Source of the DNA: an uncultured virus (IMG/VR IMGVR_UViG_3300029305_006210)
Lineage: Duplodnaviria > Heunggongvirae > Uroviricota > Caudoviricetes
Reading direction: 5' to 3' (one strand)
Length of the DNA stretch: 20,000 bases
IMG/VR virus record: IMGVR_UViG_3300029305_006210
Location: 56,873-76,872 of that record
Below are positions 8,135 through 16,352 of this stretch, one piece after another. The position numbers and the translations under genes are program-made. The notes under the pieces were generated by a model. The model ran no database searches, was not told where the DNA came from, and worked only from the letters and a program-made list of their open reading frames with translations. Position 1 is the stretch's first letter. The number at the start of each line of letters is the position of its first letter.

Positions 8135-8389
8135 TTACTCCATTATGAATAATAAACTGCTATGATTATGATTTGTAGCATTACTATTATGCTTAGGCAT
8201 TATAGTTATTATCTTTTTCCTAAGCAACTGCGCACTTATATTTTTAATACAAACTGTTTCTTTGGGGTGTTCTTTACCATATATATGAATAAAAATTTCA
8301 TCATCCGGATTAAGTCCAATAATTTTAATAGCTTCTTTTAATGAAATTTTTTTATCTTTTTCTTCTTTAGCTTTTTTAGGCCTTGCCAT
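8135..8389 (-). CDS. Small basic hypothetical protein, first gene after the RT and element D
   Basis: MARPKKAKEEKDKK, strong RBS GAGGAGG; lacks the LxxFL tag. Confidence 0.75.
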   Translation of the reverse strand: MARPKKAKEEKDKKISLKEAIKIIGLNPDDEIFIHIYGKEHPKETVCIKNISAQLLRKKIITIMPKHNSNATNHNHSSLLFIME

Positions 8390-8406
8390 ATTTTCCTCCT
8401 CATAAG

Positions 8407-8600
8407 TTTATAACTTAATACAGAGGAAGCGTCTGCACTTCTTCCTCTGCTTTTTGTATAAGTTATAAAAATTTTCAAGACTTCAGAAGCGCCTAGCGCT
8501 GCTGATCGTCTTGAAAATTATGTGTTACTGTGTTCAATAACCATTTGTTAATTCTGATTACACCTAGAACTACCCGCTTAATGCTGGTAATGTGCAGAAT
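8407..8600 (-). ncRNA. RT-adjacent structured RNA, element D
   Basis: Begins about 10 nt after the RT stop. Hairpin TACC..GGTA (8589-8571), AGTTCT-AGGTGTAATC-AGAATT (8571-8550), then two long hairpins at 8470-8519 (12-bp perfect base) and 8407-8469. Confidence 0.75.
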
Positions 8601-8610
8601 CTTTTTCTAT

Positions 8611-9918
8611 TTATTGACCGTTTTTGATATCGGCCTTAATAGCTCCTCTTATATCTCCAAATTTTCGTGAGTATTCGTCTATAATATGCTCTATAGTTTC
8701 TGGTTCAATAGATTTACAATATGAAATTTCACCTTGTAAATGCTGCACATCTTCTTTACTCCACATGCACCCTTTATTTCTATCTAACATATAATTCGAC
8801 AATATGGCTTTTAATTGCTTTTTCCTTTTATGTCCCACTGTTGGAGTATGACTTTGGTTAAGCATTAAACCTAACATCCAGTTAGATCCAGCATTTGAAC
8901 CATATCTTGTTTTGCTATCATTTAAAGAAAAAGGCGCATCGTAATGCGCCAGTACTTTCTTTATGTAATCTACTATTTCATGATGGTTAAATTTAAACCT
9001 ATTTGATATCATAATGTCATCAGCATATCGAGTATAAACAAATCCACATTCATTTTCCGCGAAAATCTTATTGCTCTTTAAGGCATTTGACAGATGATGG
9101 TCTATAGGAATCATCATTATATTTGTTAATATTGGTGACATTGGTGTACCCTGAGGCAAACCGCCGTTCAAGAAACATAAGTTCAGGCAATTTTTTACTG
9201 CCCGCTTACCCCGTGAACTTCTCATGATTTCTGAAAAAGGATATATGTCAGAAAACATTCTCATTACATATTCTAATGAGGTACTACCAAAAAAGTTTGA
9301 GAAGTCAATTTTTAGAAACCAATTGCTCTTATTATTTGCATGTTTCATAACAGCGTCCTTAGTGCTTCTGTTGTTGATATATGCAAACGCTGCGGTATGA
9401 TAATAACATCCATCCATAAGGATCTCGAAGGCTAATTTCATATGGCTTAAGCAATCTTTTAACTCATCACATGGAGCATCAATACGTCTCCACTTTTTGT
9501 GCCCAGGCTCTGAACTTGCTTTGGGAATGAAAAATGTATCGTACATATGAGAATATTTTAATCCCATTGTCGCCATTTCTTTTGCAGCTTCATGTTTTGC
9601 TGCGTCTTTATCTAGCCCTGCCCTTTTGTATTTCCTTATTAAATCTACTTGAAGTTCGTAGTTATAATCTGGATGTCCATTATTAATATCCAAGTGTTGA
9701 TATTTTTTATACAACTTCTCTAAAATTTCAATCTGTTTTGGAATATTTAATTCTGTCAATTTTTCAAGTGAAATACTATCATAGTAATATGTTCTTGTTC
9801 CGGTAGTCTGATATTTTGTAGGAGGCCGTAACATATCTACAGTTACTAAGTCATTAAGAAAGTCGAGCAAATCAATCTCTTTCTTTCTCGGCTTTAACCT
9901 GGTTGTTACATAAGGCAT
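8611..9918 (-). CDS. Reverse transcriptase, retron-like
   Basis: RT motifs KxxxxGxxKWRRIDAP, KIDFSNFFGS, LPQGTPMSP, YTRYADD, and MLG at the retron VTG position; no maturase or endonuclease domain visible. Confidence 0.93.
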   Translation of the reverse strand: MPYVTTRLKPRKKEIDLLDFLNDLVTVDMLRPPTKYQTTGTRTYYYDSISLEKLTELNIPKQIEILEKLYKKYQHLDINNGHPDYNYELQVDLIRKYKRAGLDKDAAKHEAAKEMATMGLKYSHMYDTFFIPKASSEPGHKKWRRIDAPCDELKDCLSHMKLAFEILMDGCYYHTAAFAYINNRSTKDAVMKHANNKSNWFLKIDFSNFFGSTSLEYVMRMFSDIYPFSEIMRSSRGKRAVKNCLNLCFLNGGLPQGTPMSPILTNIMMIPIDHHLSNALKSNKIFAENECGFVYTRYADDIMISNRFKFNHHEIVDYIKKVLAHYDAPFSLNDSKTRYGSNAGSNWMLGLMLNQSHTPTVGHKRKKQLKAILSNYMLDRNKGCMWSKEDVQHLQGEISYCKSIEPETIEHIIDEYSRKFGDIRGAIKADIKNGQ

Positions 9919-9933
9919 CTTTTCACCTCCTCT

Positions 9934-10632
9934 TTATACTGCTGCCATCATATCATCACGTCCAAATGTATCGATAGCGTGAAACTTTGAATTGTAAAAC
10001 ATGGTTTTCTGTAATGCCTTTTTATCCTTTACAAAATGAACAAAGTTTTGAATTCCACAATTTACGATTCCAGTGATTGTATAGAAGATACTTAATGTTT
10101 CTCTACATGCTGACATCGGTGTTTGTTCTCTAGCTTCTTCGTCAGTGAAATCCATTGATGCATAGAGATCATCCTTCATCTTTACACTGCTCCAATCTGC
10201 AGCATAATGCTGTGCGTCTTCAAGCCTCATTCTGAAATCAAACATTGCTACAACATTTGGATTGTACTTATTTGCTTCTACGATCTTTTTTCTAATTTCA
10301 ATAGAATCAACTGCAATGAATACATACCCATTAAGCTGCTGATTAGTATAGAAACCTTTTGTCTGAATGAAATGTTCGATATCTGGGTTTACCTCGATCA
10401 ACATATCCTTTAATGCTTCAGTCTTTTGACGTCCAATATCAATAGAACGATACATCTGATTTGCTACATTCTTAGATTCAACAACATCTTCATCATATAA
10501 AACAAAGTTTGTTAATCCAAGTTTTGCTAACATATAAGCGAGTGTGGATCCAATAGCTCCACACCCTACAATATGAATCTTCTCAGTAACAGTTTCAGGC
10601 TGAAAAAATTCGTGATGTTTATTTAAATTCAT
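9934..10632 (-). CDS. ThiF/E1-like ubiquitin-activating enzyme
   Basis: IVGCGAIGS nucleotide-binding loop, LYDEDVVESKNVANQ, GRQKTEAL, AVDS; candidate catalytic Cys in MSAC. Confidence 0.9.
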   Translation of the reverse strand: MNLNKHHEFFQPETVTEKIHIVGCGAIGSTLAYMLAKLGLTNFVLYDEDVVESKNVANQMYRSIDIGRQKTEALKDMLIEVNPDIEHFIQTKGFYTNQQLNGYVFIAVDSIEIRKKIVEANKYNPNVVAMFDFRMRLEDAQHYAADWSSVKMKDDLYASMDFTDEEAREQTPMSACRETLSIFYTITGIVNCGIQNFVHFVKDKKALQKTMFYNSKFHAIDTFGRDDMMAAV

Positions 10633-11744
10633 TACTTTTCCTCCTCGGCTTCTACCTCTAATGTTATAAGTAACATTTCCTTCTGTTCTTTGTCTGTTTT
10701 TACTTCCACAGATTTCACGCTTAATCCCATAACAAGTCTAATAGCACTTACACTTGTCATATCTACAAGTACACCCTTTTTATCTACCACCTTGAAATAT
10801 GCATACTTTTTATCGAGGCAATAATCGAAAATTGACATTGCTACTGAATTTGGTGCAGTTAACGGATCATCTGTTTTGGCAGTTGTAAGATCTTTGAAAG
10901 CATATTCATTACCAAAATAATCTTTGCATGTAACATCATAATATTTAGGATAGATCGTATAAATTTCATAGATTGATGAATTAGTCGGTTTAAAAGTAAC
11001 AGCATAACTTTTAGGAATAAACTCATTATCTGTTTTCTTTTCTGCAGACATGTATCCATCAAGCCACTGATCCCAATCATACATGTCACTAGCATAATTA
11101 TTTAATGGATATATGTCTTGTTTCGTCTCTTTTTTCTTCGAATAAAGGTATGACCCTGGTAACGGCTGTTTCTTTTCTCCGCCGCCGAAGAGAAAGTATG
11201 TAGATGATTTAGGGCTAGGAATATCTTTAACAAGCTTCTTGCTTTCTTCATAGTATTCTGAATTAGAAAGACCTTCTTCTACTTCAATAACGATTACAAT
11301 ATCGCTATTCTTATATTCAATACTATCCTCTGCGTCCATGATCCACCATGTCATTTCCATTTTTTTATTCATTATCATAGCAATCGTGAATCGCTTATCA
11401 TTAGCAGCAGCATTTGATGTTGCGAATCTTTTCCATGATTCAGTATCTGTTGATGATGGTGACACACTCATATTTACATGAGAATGACCATGAAAACGTC
11501 TGGAGTTGTATTCTTCATCTGAGAGGCTATCTTTCCATTCGATCATTTCATCTAATGACTCATCAATTGTATCTTCTACATAGGCTGAAGATACTAATTG
11601 TGGATAAATCAGAATATCTTTAATTCTGTATTCGCCAACGGCAATTTTTTCTACTGTACCGAACCAGCCCACTTCTTTATCATGCCCGATGACTAACGCC
11701 TGCATCTTAATCCATGCAGATGGTGAAATTCTAACTTTAGCCAT
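10632..11744 (-). CDS. JAB/MPN+ domain metalloprotease with C-terminal extension
   Basis: N-terminal EVGW glutamate and HSHVNMSVSPSSTD, matching HxHx7Sx2D. Confidence 0.88.
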   Translation of the reverse strand: MAKVRISPSAWIKMQALVIGHDKEVGWFGTVEKIAVGEYRIKDILIYPQLVSSAYVEDTIDESLDEMIEWKDSLSDEEYNSRRFHGHSHVNMSVSPSSTDTESWKRFATSNAAANDKRFTIAMIMNKKMEMTWWIMDAEDSIEYKNSDIVIVIEVEEGLSNSEYYEESKKLVKDIPSPKSSTYFLFGGGEKKQPLPGSYLYSKKKETKQDIYPLNNYASDMYDWDQWLDGYMSAEKKTDNEFIPKSYAVTFKPTNSSIYEIYTIYPKYYDVTCKDYFGNEYAFKDLTTAKTDDPLTAPNSVAMSIFDYCLDKKYAYFKVVDKKGVLVDMTSVSAIRLVMGLSVKSVEVKTDKEQKEMLLITLEVEAEEEK

Positions 11745-11747
11745 AAT

Positions 11748-13142
11748 TTATTCAGCCTCCTTTTCCTTTCTAATATACTCAATTGCTCCTGCAATATCTT
11801 CAAATTCACCATTCGGTAATTCAATACACTTATTTTCACAAACACCCTTTAACAGATACACGCCAGCGGCATCGTCTGATAATGTGATTTGTTTTGCGGC
11901 ATATAAGATCTGATTTAATGCTTCGACAAATCTATTTGCAATTGAGTATTGTGCAATTCTTGTTTCAGAATTTCCAAAACAAGAATAATGTGCTCCAAGA
12001 TGTGGATGTGGCATTGAATTTTTGCTTGCGACTTTTTCTGCATGTACCCTTCCAGATACAATGTTCAGATCAATCTTCATACTTGTCCATAATTTGAATT
12101 CATTAGTCTCTGCAATTCTTCTGTAGAACTCCTTGATTTCTTCTGTTGTAAATGAGCCATAAACCTCCCTTATGAACTCTTTTGGCACATCACCATTGCA
12201 ATGCTCCAGCTTGCCGAACATGTATGAAGTTCCATTATTATCTCTAATGATACTGTAATAATCTTCTTCTTCGGTAAACTGATCCAACATTGCAGTAATT
12301 TCAAAGGTAATAGTTTCATCATTAACGTTTGCAATTGAAATTTTTTCTCTACTTGATTCAATGAATTCTACAATTTCCATAACTGGTGAATGCATTGCGT
12401 CTCTATCCATTCTCATAGATCTTAATGCATTTTGCTGCTGCTTCAGCTCCATATTATAGTTATATATACTTTCAAAACGCTCTCTGATACGCTCTTCGAT
12501 CTCCTTGACTCTTCTTTCCGCTTCAACGACTTTTTTCTCAGTAATTCTATCAGCCATTTTCAGCATTTTATTCATTAATACTTTATCACTAAGGCCAAGT
12601 TCTGTTACCATGGCTTCAAATTCGAGCTGAAATTTTGGAAGTAATTCATTATTAATGAACATTGGTGCAATCTCTTTTGAAATTTTTTCAGTTCCGGCAC
12701 TGAAATACCATGGAAATAACTTAGTTGCGATTGCACAGAATATCTTTTCTGTATAGCTATTGAAGACAGAATAGCCTGTTGAATTATTTCTTGTTACATG
12801 AATAACTCTCATATCAGGATTGATGTAAATTTTATATTTAGGCTGATCATCCTGAATTCCCTGACTTACAAACATACTTATAAGTTCATTGTAACATTCT
12901 TCCATGTAAGGAGAGCCACCAATGATTATGGCATTTTTTGCATTTGTCAGATCGTGTGAAGAATTATCTTCCAGTGTAATAATTTTTAATTTTTCTTCTT
13001 CATAAACATAACTTTCGATAGAAAGTAAGTGCTTATATAATAAGAACATTTTTAACATAGTTGAATATGAAGAGAAACTGTTTACATCAATTTCATTGTC
13101 ATATAACTCAAAAATTGATTTTTCGATATCCGGGTTTAACAT
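11748..13142 (-). CDS. Putative prokaryotic E2-like protein with central coiled coil
   Basis: C-terminal PHPHLGAHYSCFGN resembles the E2 HP(N/H)...C signature; coiled coil at about aa 200-250; lies between Ubl and JAB/E1 genes. Confidence 0.6.
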   Translation of the reverse strand: MLNPDIEKSIFELYDNEIDVNSFSSYSTMLKMFLLYKHLLSIESYVYEEEKLKIITLEDNSSHDLTNAKNAIIIGGSPYMEECYNELISMFVSQGIQDDQPKYKIYINPDMRVIHVTRNNSTGYSVFNSYTEKIFCAIATKLFPWYFSAGTEKISKEIAPMFINNELLPKFQLEFEAMVTELGLSDKVLMNKMLKMADRITEKKVVEAERRVKEIEERIRERFESIYNYNMELKQQQNALRSMRMDRDAMHSPVMEIVEFIESSREKISIANVNDETITFEITAMLDQFTEEEDYYSIIRDNNGTSYMFGKLEHCNGDVPKEFIREVYGSFTTEEIKEFYRRIAETNEFKLWTSMKIDLNIVSGRVHAEKVASKNSMPHPHLGAHYSCFGNSETRIAQYSIANRFVEALNQILYAAKQITLSDDAAGVYLLKGVCENKCIELPNGEFEDIAGAIEYIRKEKEAE

Positions 13143-13174
13143 GCGATTTTCCTTTCTTTTTTTTAATTATTGGG

Positions 13175-13463
13175 TTTATTACAATCTAATAGTGAGAATT
13201 ATAACGCTGCAGATGATCAAAGAAGGTTTTAACCTTTTAAGTTAACTGCGTTATATCAGGTAATCAGTGATATTCTGATTGTGAATTAACCTAGAAGTTA
13301 TGTATTTTTATCCCGAGCGAAGTATTTCGTTGAATAAAGATTTGCGTTTAACTTCTTTATAATGAATTAATTAGCTTCCTGCCTCCAGTCGTTTTCTCTA
13401 GACCATATGAATACTCGGATTACACCGCGAGCAGTTTTATAAAAAACAATACATTGTAATAAA
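13175..13463 (-). ncRNA. Retron-like msr/msd element E
   Basis: Perfect 11-bp terminal inverted repeat TTTATTACAAT (13463-13453) / ATTGTAATAAA (13185-13175), G at 13452, hairpin TGCTCG-CGGTGTAATC-CGAGTA (13433-13412), several internal hairpins (e.g. 13293-13356). Confidence 0.78.
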
Positions 13464-13486
13464 AAAAGCGGGGATTTCTCCCCGCT
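13461..13486 (-). terminator. Rho-independent terminator after the Ubl gene
   Basis: AGCGGGGA-GAAA-TCCCCGCT followed by a T-tract. Confidence 0.8.
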
Positions 13487-13504
13487 ATGTATTAAATAAA
13501 ATGA

Positions 13505-13753
13505 CTAAGCAGCGTTGCTTGTCTTGATTGTTTCGTACAGCATAATTGTAGCGCCGTTGGATGCAAGACCTGCATCAACAATCTGATCAAATGTCATATC
13601 CAGCTGAGTTTCAGTCAGCATTGTTCCACCGATTGAGAACTTTGCTCCCATCATAGCATTCTTATCCTGAAGATAATTTCTAACTGTTGTTGTACCTGAT
13701 ACGATTTCTTCTGCATGTCTCTGTGCGCTTGCGATGAACTTAACTTTTACCAT
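13505..13753 (-). CDS. Ubiquitin-like (beta-grasp) protein
   Basis: 82 aa with beta-grasp pattern (MVKVKFI...TTVRNYL...IGGTML...LDMTF...IML); upstream of E2/JAB/E1; ends KTSNAA with no Gly. Confidence 0.7.
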   Translation of the reverse strand: MVKVKFIASAQRHAEEIVSGTTTVRNYLQDKNAMMGAKFSIGGTMLTETQLDMTFDQIVDAGLASNGATIMLYETIKTSNAA

Positions 13754-13858
13754 TTTATTTCTCCTTTTCTCTTATCAATATTTCTCTTTTAATTTAACTA
13801 CATAGGGCGCATATTTCAGCGCCCCTTATTTAACAACAACTTAAATAGCAGTTTGCTT

Positions 13859-14263
13859 TTACGCAATGTGTTCGAAGCTGTCCTTCACGGACTTAATTTC
13901 AGCTTCAACACCTTCGATAGCCTTCTTGATCTGTTCTTCGATAGTCTTAACCTTGCTCATTGCCAGACCGCAGGATTCGTACAGGTAGTCTGCCTTAGAA
14001 TCCTTATCCTTCAGATTTTCATCTGGAATAGGAATCCAAATCAGAGCTCTTTCACCAGACTTGATGAATTCTGCACCGCAATCATTAATCTTACCCATAT
14101 GAGCAGTGTAAGGGCATTCATTCAGATTTACTCTGAACAGATCGTTACCTTCTTCGTCCTTGATGCAAAGTGCTTCAGGTGCATATCTCTTAACCTTTGC
14201 AAAAATTTCTGCTGCTACTTCCATGCTCAGTACTGCCATGTTTTCAATTGTCTTTACTTTCAT
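13859..14263 (-). CDS. Hypothetical protein with C-terminal coiled coil
   Basis: 134 aa, RBS AAGGAG, followed by a hairpin at about 13804-13824. Confidence 0.8.
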   Translation of the reverse strand: MKVKTIENMAVLSMEVAAEIFAKVKRYAPEALCIKDEEGNDLFRVNLNECPYTAHMGKINDCGAEFIKSGERALIWIPIPDENLKDKDSKADYLYESCGLAMSKVKTIEEQIKKAIEGVEAEIKSVKDSFEHIA

Positions 14264-14418
14264 TCGTTTTTCTCCTTTTCTCTTAAAAAAAATAGTTTAT
14301 GTAGTGTGAAATATTTATGCATAAATACTCGGCACACTTAACCGAATATTACGAACTAATAGAACGTCACCCCTTACCAATGCCAATATCAGCCATATTA
14401 TCACCACCTTTCAAGCAA

Positions 14419-14445
14419 TAAAAAAGCCGCGTCAGCCACGCAGCT
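14419..14445 (-). terminator. Rho-independent terminator
   Basis: AAGCTGCGT-GGCTG-ACGCGGCTT followed by a T-tract. Confidence 0.65.
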
Positions 14446-14666
14446 TAATGTTTTATATCACCTAAGAATTCTTCATTAGGCAACTTTTTTGTATCTATAA
14501 CCCCTTTTTCTATTATTTGTATGAGGATTGTATCCTCATCATATCTAATAACCGTTGTTATTCGGCCGTTGATATCTCTATCGTCAAGTAACACATGGTC
14601 AAACGGATCATTATGATAGTAGTTATACACTGATTCTTTGAACTGTTCCGCTGTCAATCTCGACAT
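14445..14666 (-). CDS. Hypothetical protein
   Basis: Likely start MSRLTAEQ at 14666 behind GGAGG. Confidence 0.7.
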   Translation of the reverse strand: MSRLTAEQFKESVYNYYHNDPFDHVLLDDRDINGRITTVIRYDEDTILIQIIEKGVIDTKKLPNEEFLGDIKH

Positions 14667-15378
14667 GATTAACACCTCCAATAAAATCTTCTAATGCAAT
14701 TGGATTTATTATATATTTACTACGATCAAACTTTGGTTTGTCATATTTAATTTCTTCTATAGGCCATGATAATTCTTTGCAAATTTCTTCAAATGAATAG
14801 TAGTTTAAGTTAGGATCTCCTGGTTCATAACTATATACATATCCACAATCTCCATATGTATAATCATTGGACATGTCTGAGCCATATTCATCCCAGTCAA
14901 CATAATCTTGAAATTCTTCAGGGCATTGATTATATCCTAATGTATATCCTAAACAATATAAATTACTACCATTATCACATTCATAACTATAATAGTATAT
15001 ATTTTCAACATCCAAACAGGCATTAATAAGTTCAAGAGCATTACATATATTTCCTTCTGCACCTTGATATAAATTTACCGCTTCTTCTTCGTGTCTATCC
15101 AAATTATCAAATGCTATTGCTATTAAATTAATCATTATAAGATTTTTTTCATTGCATATTATATCGTCAAAACTACAATCTATTGTAGCATAAACCATAT
15201 CACAATCAGTTAGCATCTCACATGGGATGTCACTAGTATCTTTTCGCCAATTAGGATATTGTTCTATCGGAATTCCGATATCCCTATAAGCGCGCTCAAT
15301 TATCTTCCAAGTAACCGGAAGATTAAGCATTACACTATATTCTGTAATTGGATTTTTCAGATGAACTCTTATATTCAT
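14623..15378 (-). CDS. ardA: ArdA-like antirestriction (acidic DNA-mimic) protein
   Basis: Acidic; PEEFQDYVDWDEYGSDM...GY matches the ArdA C-terminal pattern PE.L..Y.D.E.YG.D. Confidence 0.65.
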   Translation of the reverse strand: MNIRVHLKNPITEYSVMLNLPVTWKIIERAYRDIGIPIEQYPNWRKDTSDIPCEMLTDCDMVYATIDCSFDDIICNEKNLIMINLIAIAFDNLDRHEEEAVNLYQGAEGNICNALELINACLDVENIYYYSYECDNGSNLYCLGYTLGYNQCPEEFQDYVDWDEYGSDMSNDYTYGDCGYVYSYEPGDPNLNYYSFEEICKELSWPIEEIKYDKPKFDRSKYIINPIALEDFIGGVNHVEIDSGTVQRISV

Positions 15379-15402
15379 TGTGTGTTTACCTCTTTATTGC
15401 AA

Positions 15403-15433
15403 TAAAAAATCCGCTTATTATTAAAGCGGATTT
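15403..15433 (-). terminator. Rho-independent terminator
   Basis: AAAATCCGCTT...AAGCGGATTTTTT. Confidence 0.75.
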
Positions 15434-15451
15434 TAAGACTATATTACAGTT

Positions 15452-15811
15452 TTAATTTTTTCTTGTATTAGATTTTACAGTAAATTCAAAAACATTGTTA
15501 ACATCAAATGTCAATCTTATACTGTTTTTTAATGGTGTTATAGCAATAGCATCTGTTAAATTAATTAAACGTCTAAACTTTTGCATCTGAATTGGAATAA
15601 CATCAAACAATGGACATTCTATCGTAATTGATGCATTAAGATATTGATAATTAACACCTACAATCCTACCATCATTTTCATCTGCAAAATCTGATACAAG
15701 TTCAGTAACTTCCTCAAATACTTTAAACTTTTCTACAATTCGTTTTGTTTTATCTAATTGATCTAACCTTTCAAATTCCTTTTTAAGTTTTTGTAGCATT
15801 GATTCCTTCAT
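15452..15811 (-). CDS. Hypothetical protein
   Basis: 119 aa ORF followed by a terminator. Confidence 0.7.
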   Translation of the reverse strand: MKESMLQKLKKEFERLDQLDKTKRIVEKFKVFEEVTELVSDFADENDGRIVGVNYQYLNASITIECPLFDVIPIQMQKFRRLINLTDAIAITPLKNSIRLTFDVNNVFEFTVKSNTRKN

Positions 15812-15914
15812 TTAATTTAATCTCTCTTTCTCTCATATTTACCTCCTTTATTATATCATAATGCATCCCCCGATTGCATTATTTACTTAGTTATACTTAC
15901 GTCAAATCGTCATT

Positions 15915-16064
15915 TTATTGATACTTATACTCTCCTTGAATATCTAAGGAAACAATTTTATATGCATTGTAAATTTCACTATCAATCTTAAACTTCTTTT
16001 GCCTACTTTCTATATATCCTAAGACAAAACACATAACCCAATAGTTTATCTTTTTTCTTATCAT
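15915..16064 (-). CDS. Small hypothetical protein (49 aa)
   Basis: Manual translation MIRKKINYWVMCF...YKYQ; GAGG upstream. Confidence 0.45.
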   Translation of the reverse strand: MIRKKINYWVMCFVLGYIESRQKKFKIDSEIYNAYKIVSLDIQGEYKYQ

Positions 16065-16091
16065 GTTTACGCCTCTATAAAATTGTCTTTT

Positions 16092-16310
16092 TTATCTCCA
16101 TCCGTGTCTACCAGTAAACACGTCACCATCAAACTTAACTGTTTTATAAATCTTTGAAACACACGTTTCACTGTCAATAGACCAAATTAATTTTGTCAGT
16201 TTTTCATTTGCTTCTTCTGCACTATGTGCTATTACGATAGCAACATCCTTTTCATAAGAAGCTCCATTATCTACCTCGAATTCAATTCTGTATAACAACA
16301 TATTTTTCAC
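16092..16310 (-). CDS. Small phage protein (YxIxF...VxAxxxxEA type)
   Basis: LYRIEF...VIAHSAEEA. Confidence 0.7.
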   Translation of the reverse strand: MKNMLLYRIEFEVDNGASYEKDVAIVIAHSAEEANEKLTKLIWSIDSETCVSKIYKTVKFDGDVFTGRHGWR

Positions 16311-16352
16311 TTCATAAAATTACATTTATAACTACAATACTCTTCATTAATT

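Noticed and set aside
329..9918. Diversity-generating retroelement
   Set aside because: No template/variable repeat pair differing at adenines and no Avd-like gene seen; RT motifs look retron-like
8611..9918. Group II intron
   Set aside because: No maturase or endonuclease domain, no intron domain V, and the flanks are too short
10859..12361. Nested minus-strand ORFs 10859..11095 and 12170..12361
   Set aside because: Alternate-frame ORFs inside the JAB and E2-like genes with no supporting signals
952..13463. CRISPR array
   Set aside because: The repeats are dispersed structural motifs separated by genes, not regularly spaced direct repeats; no cas genes
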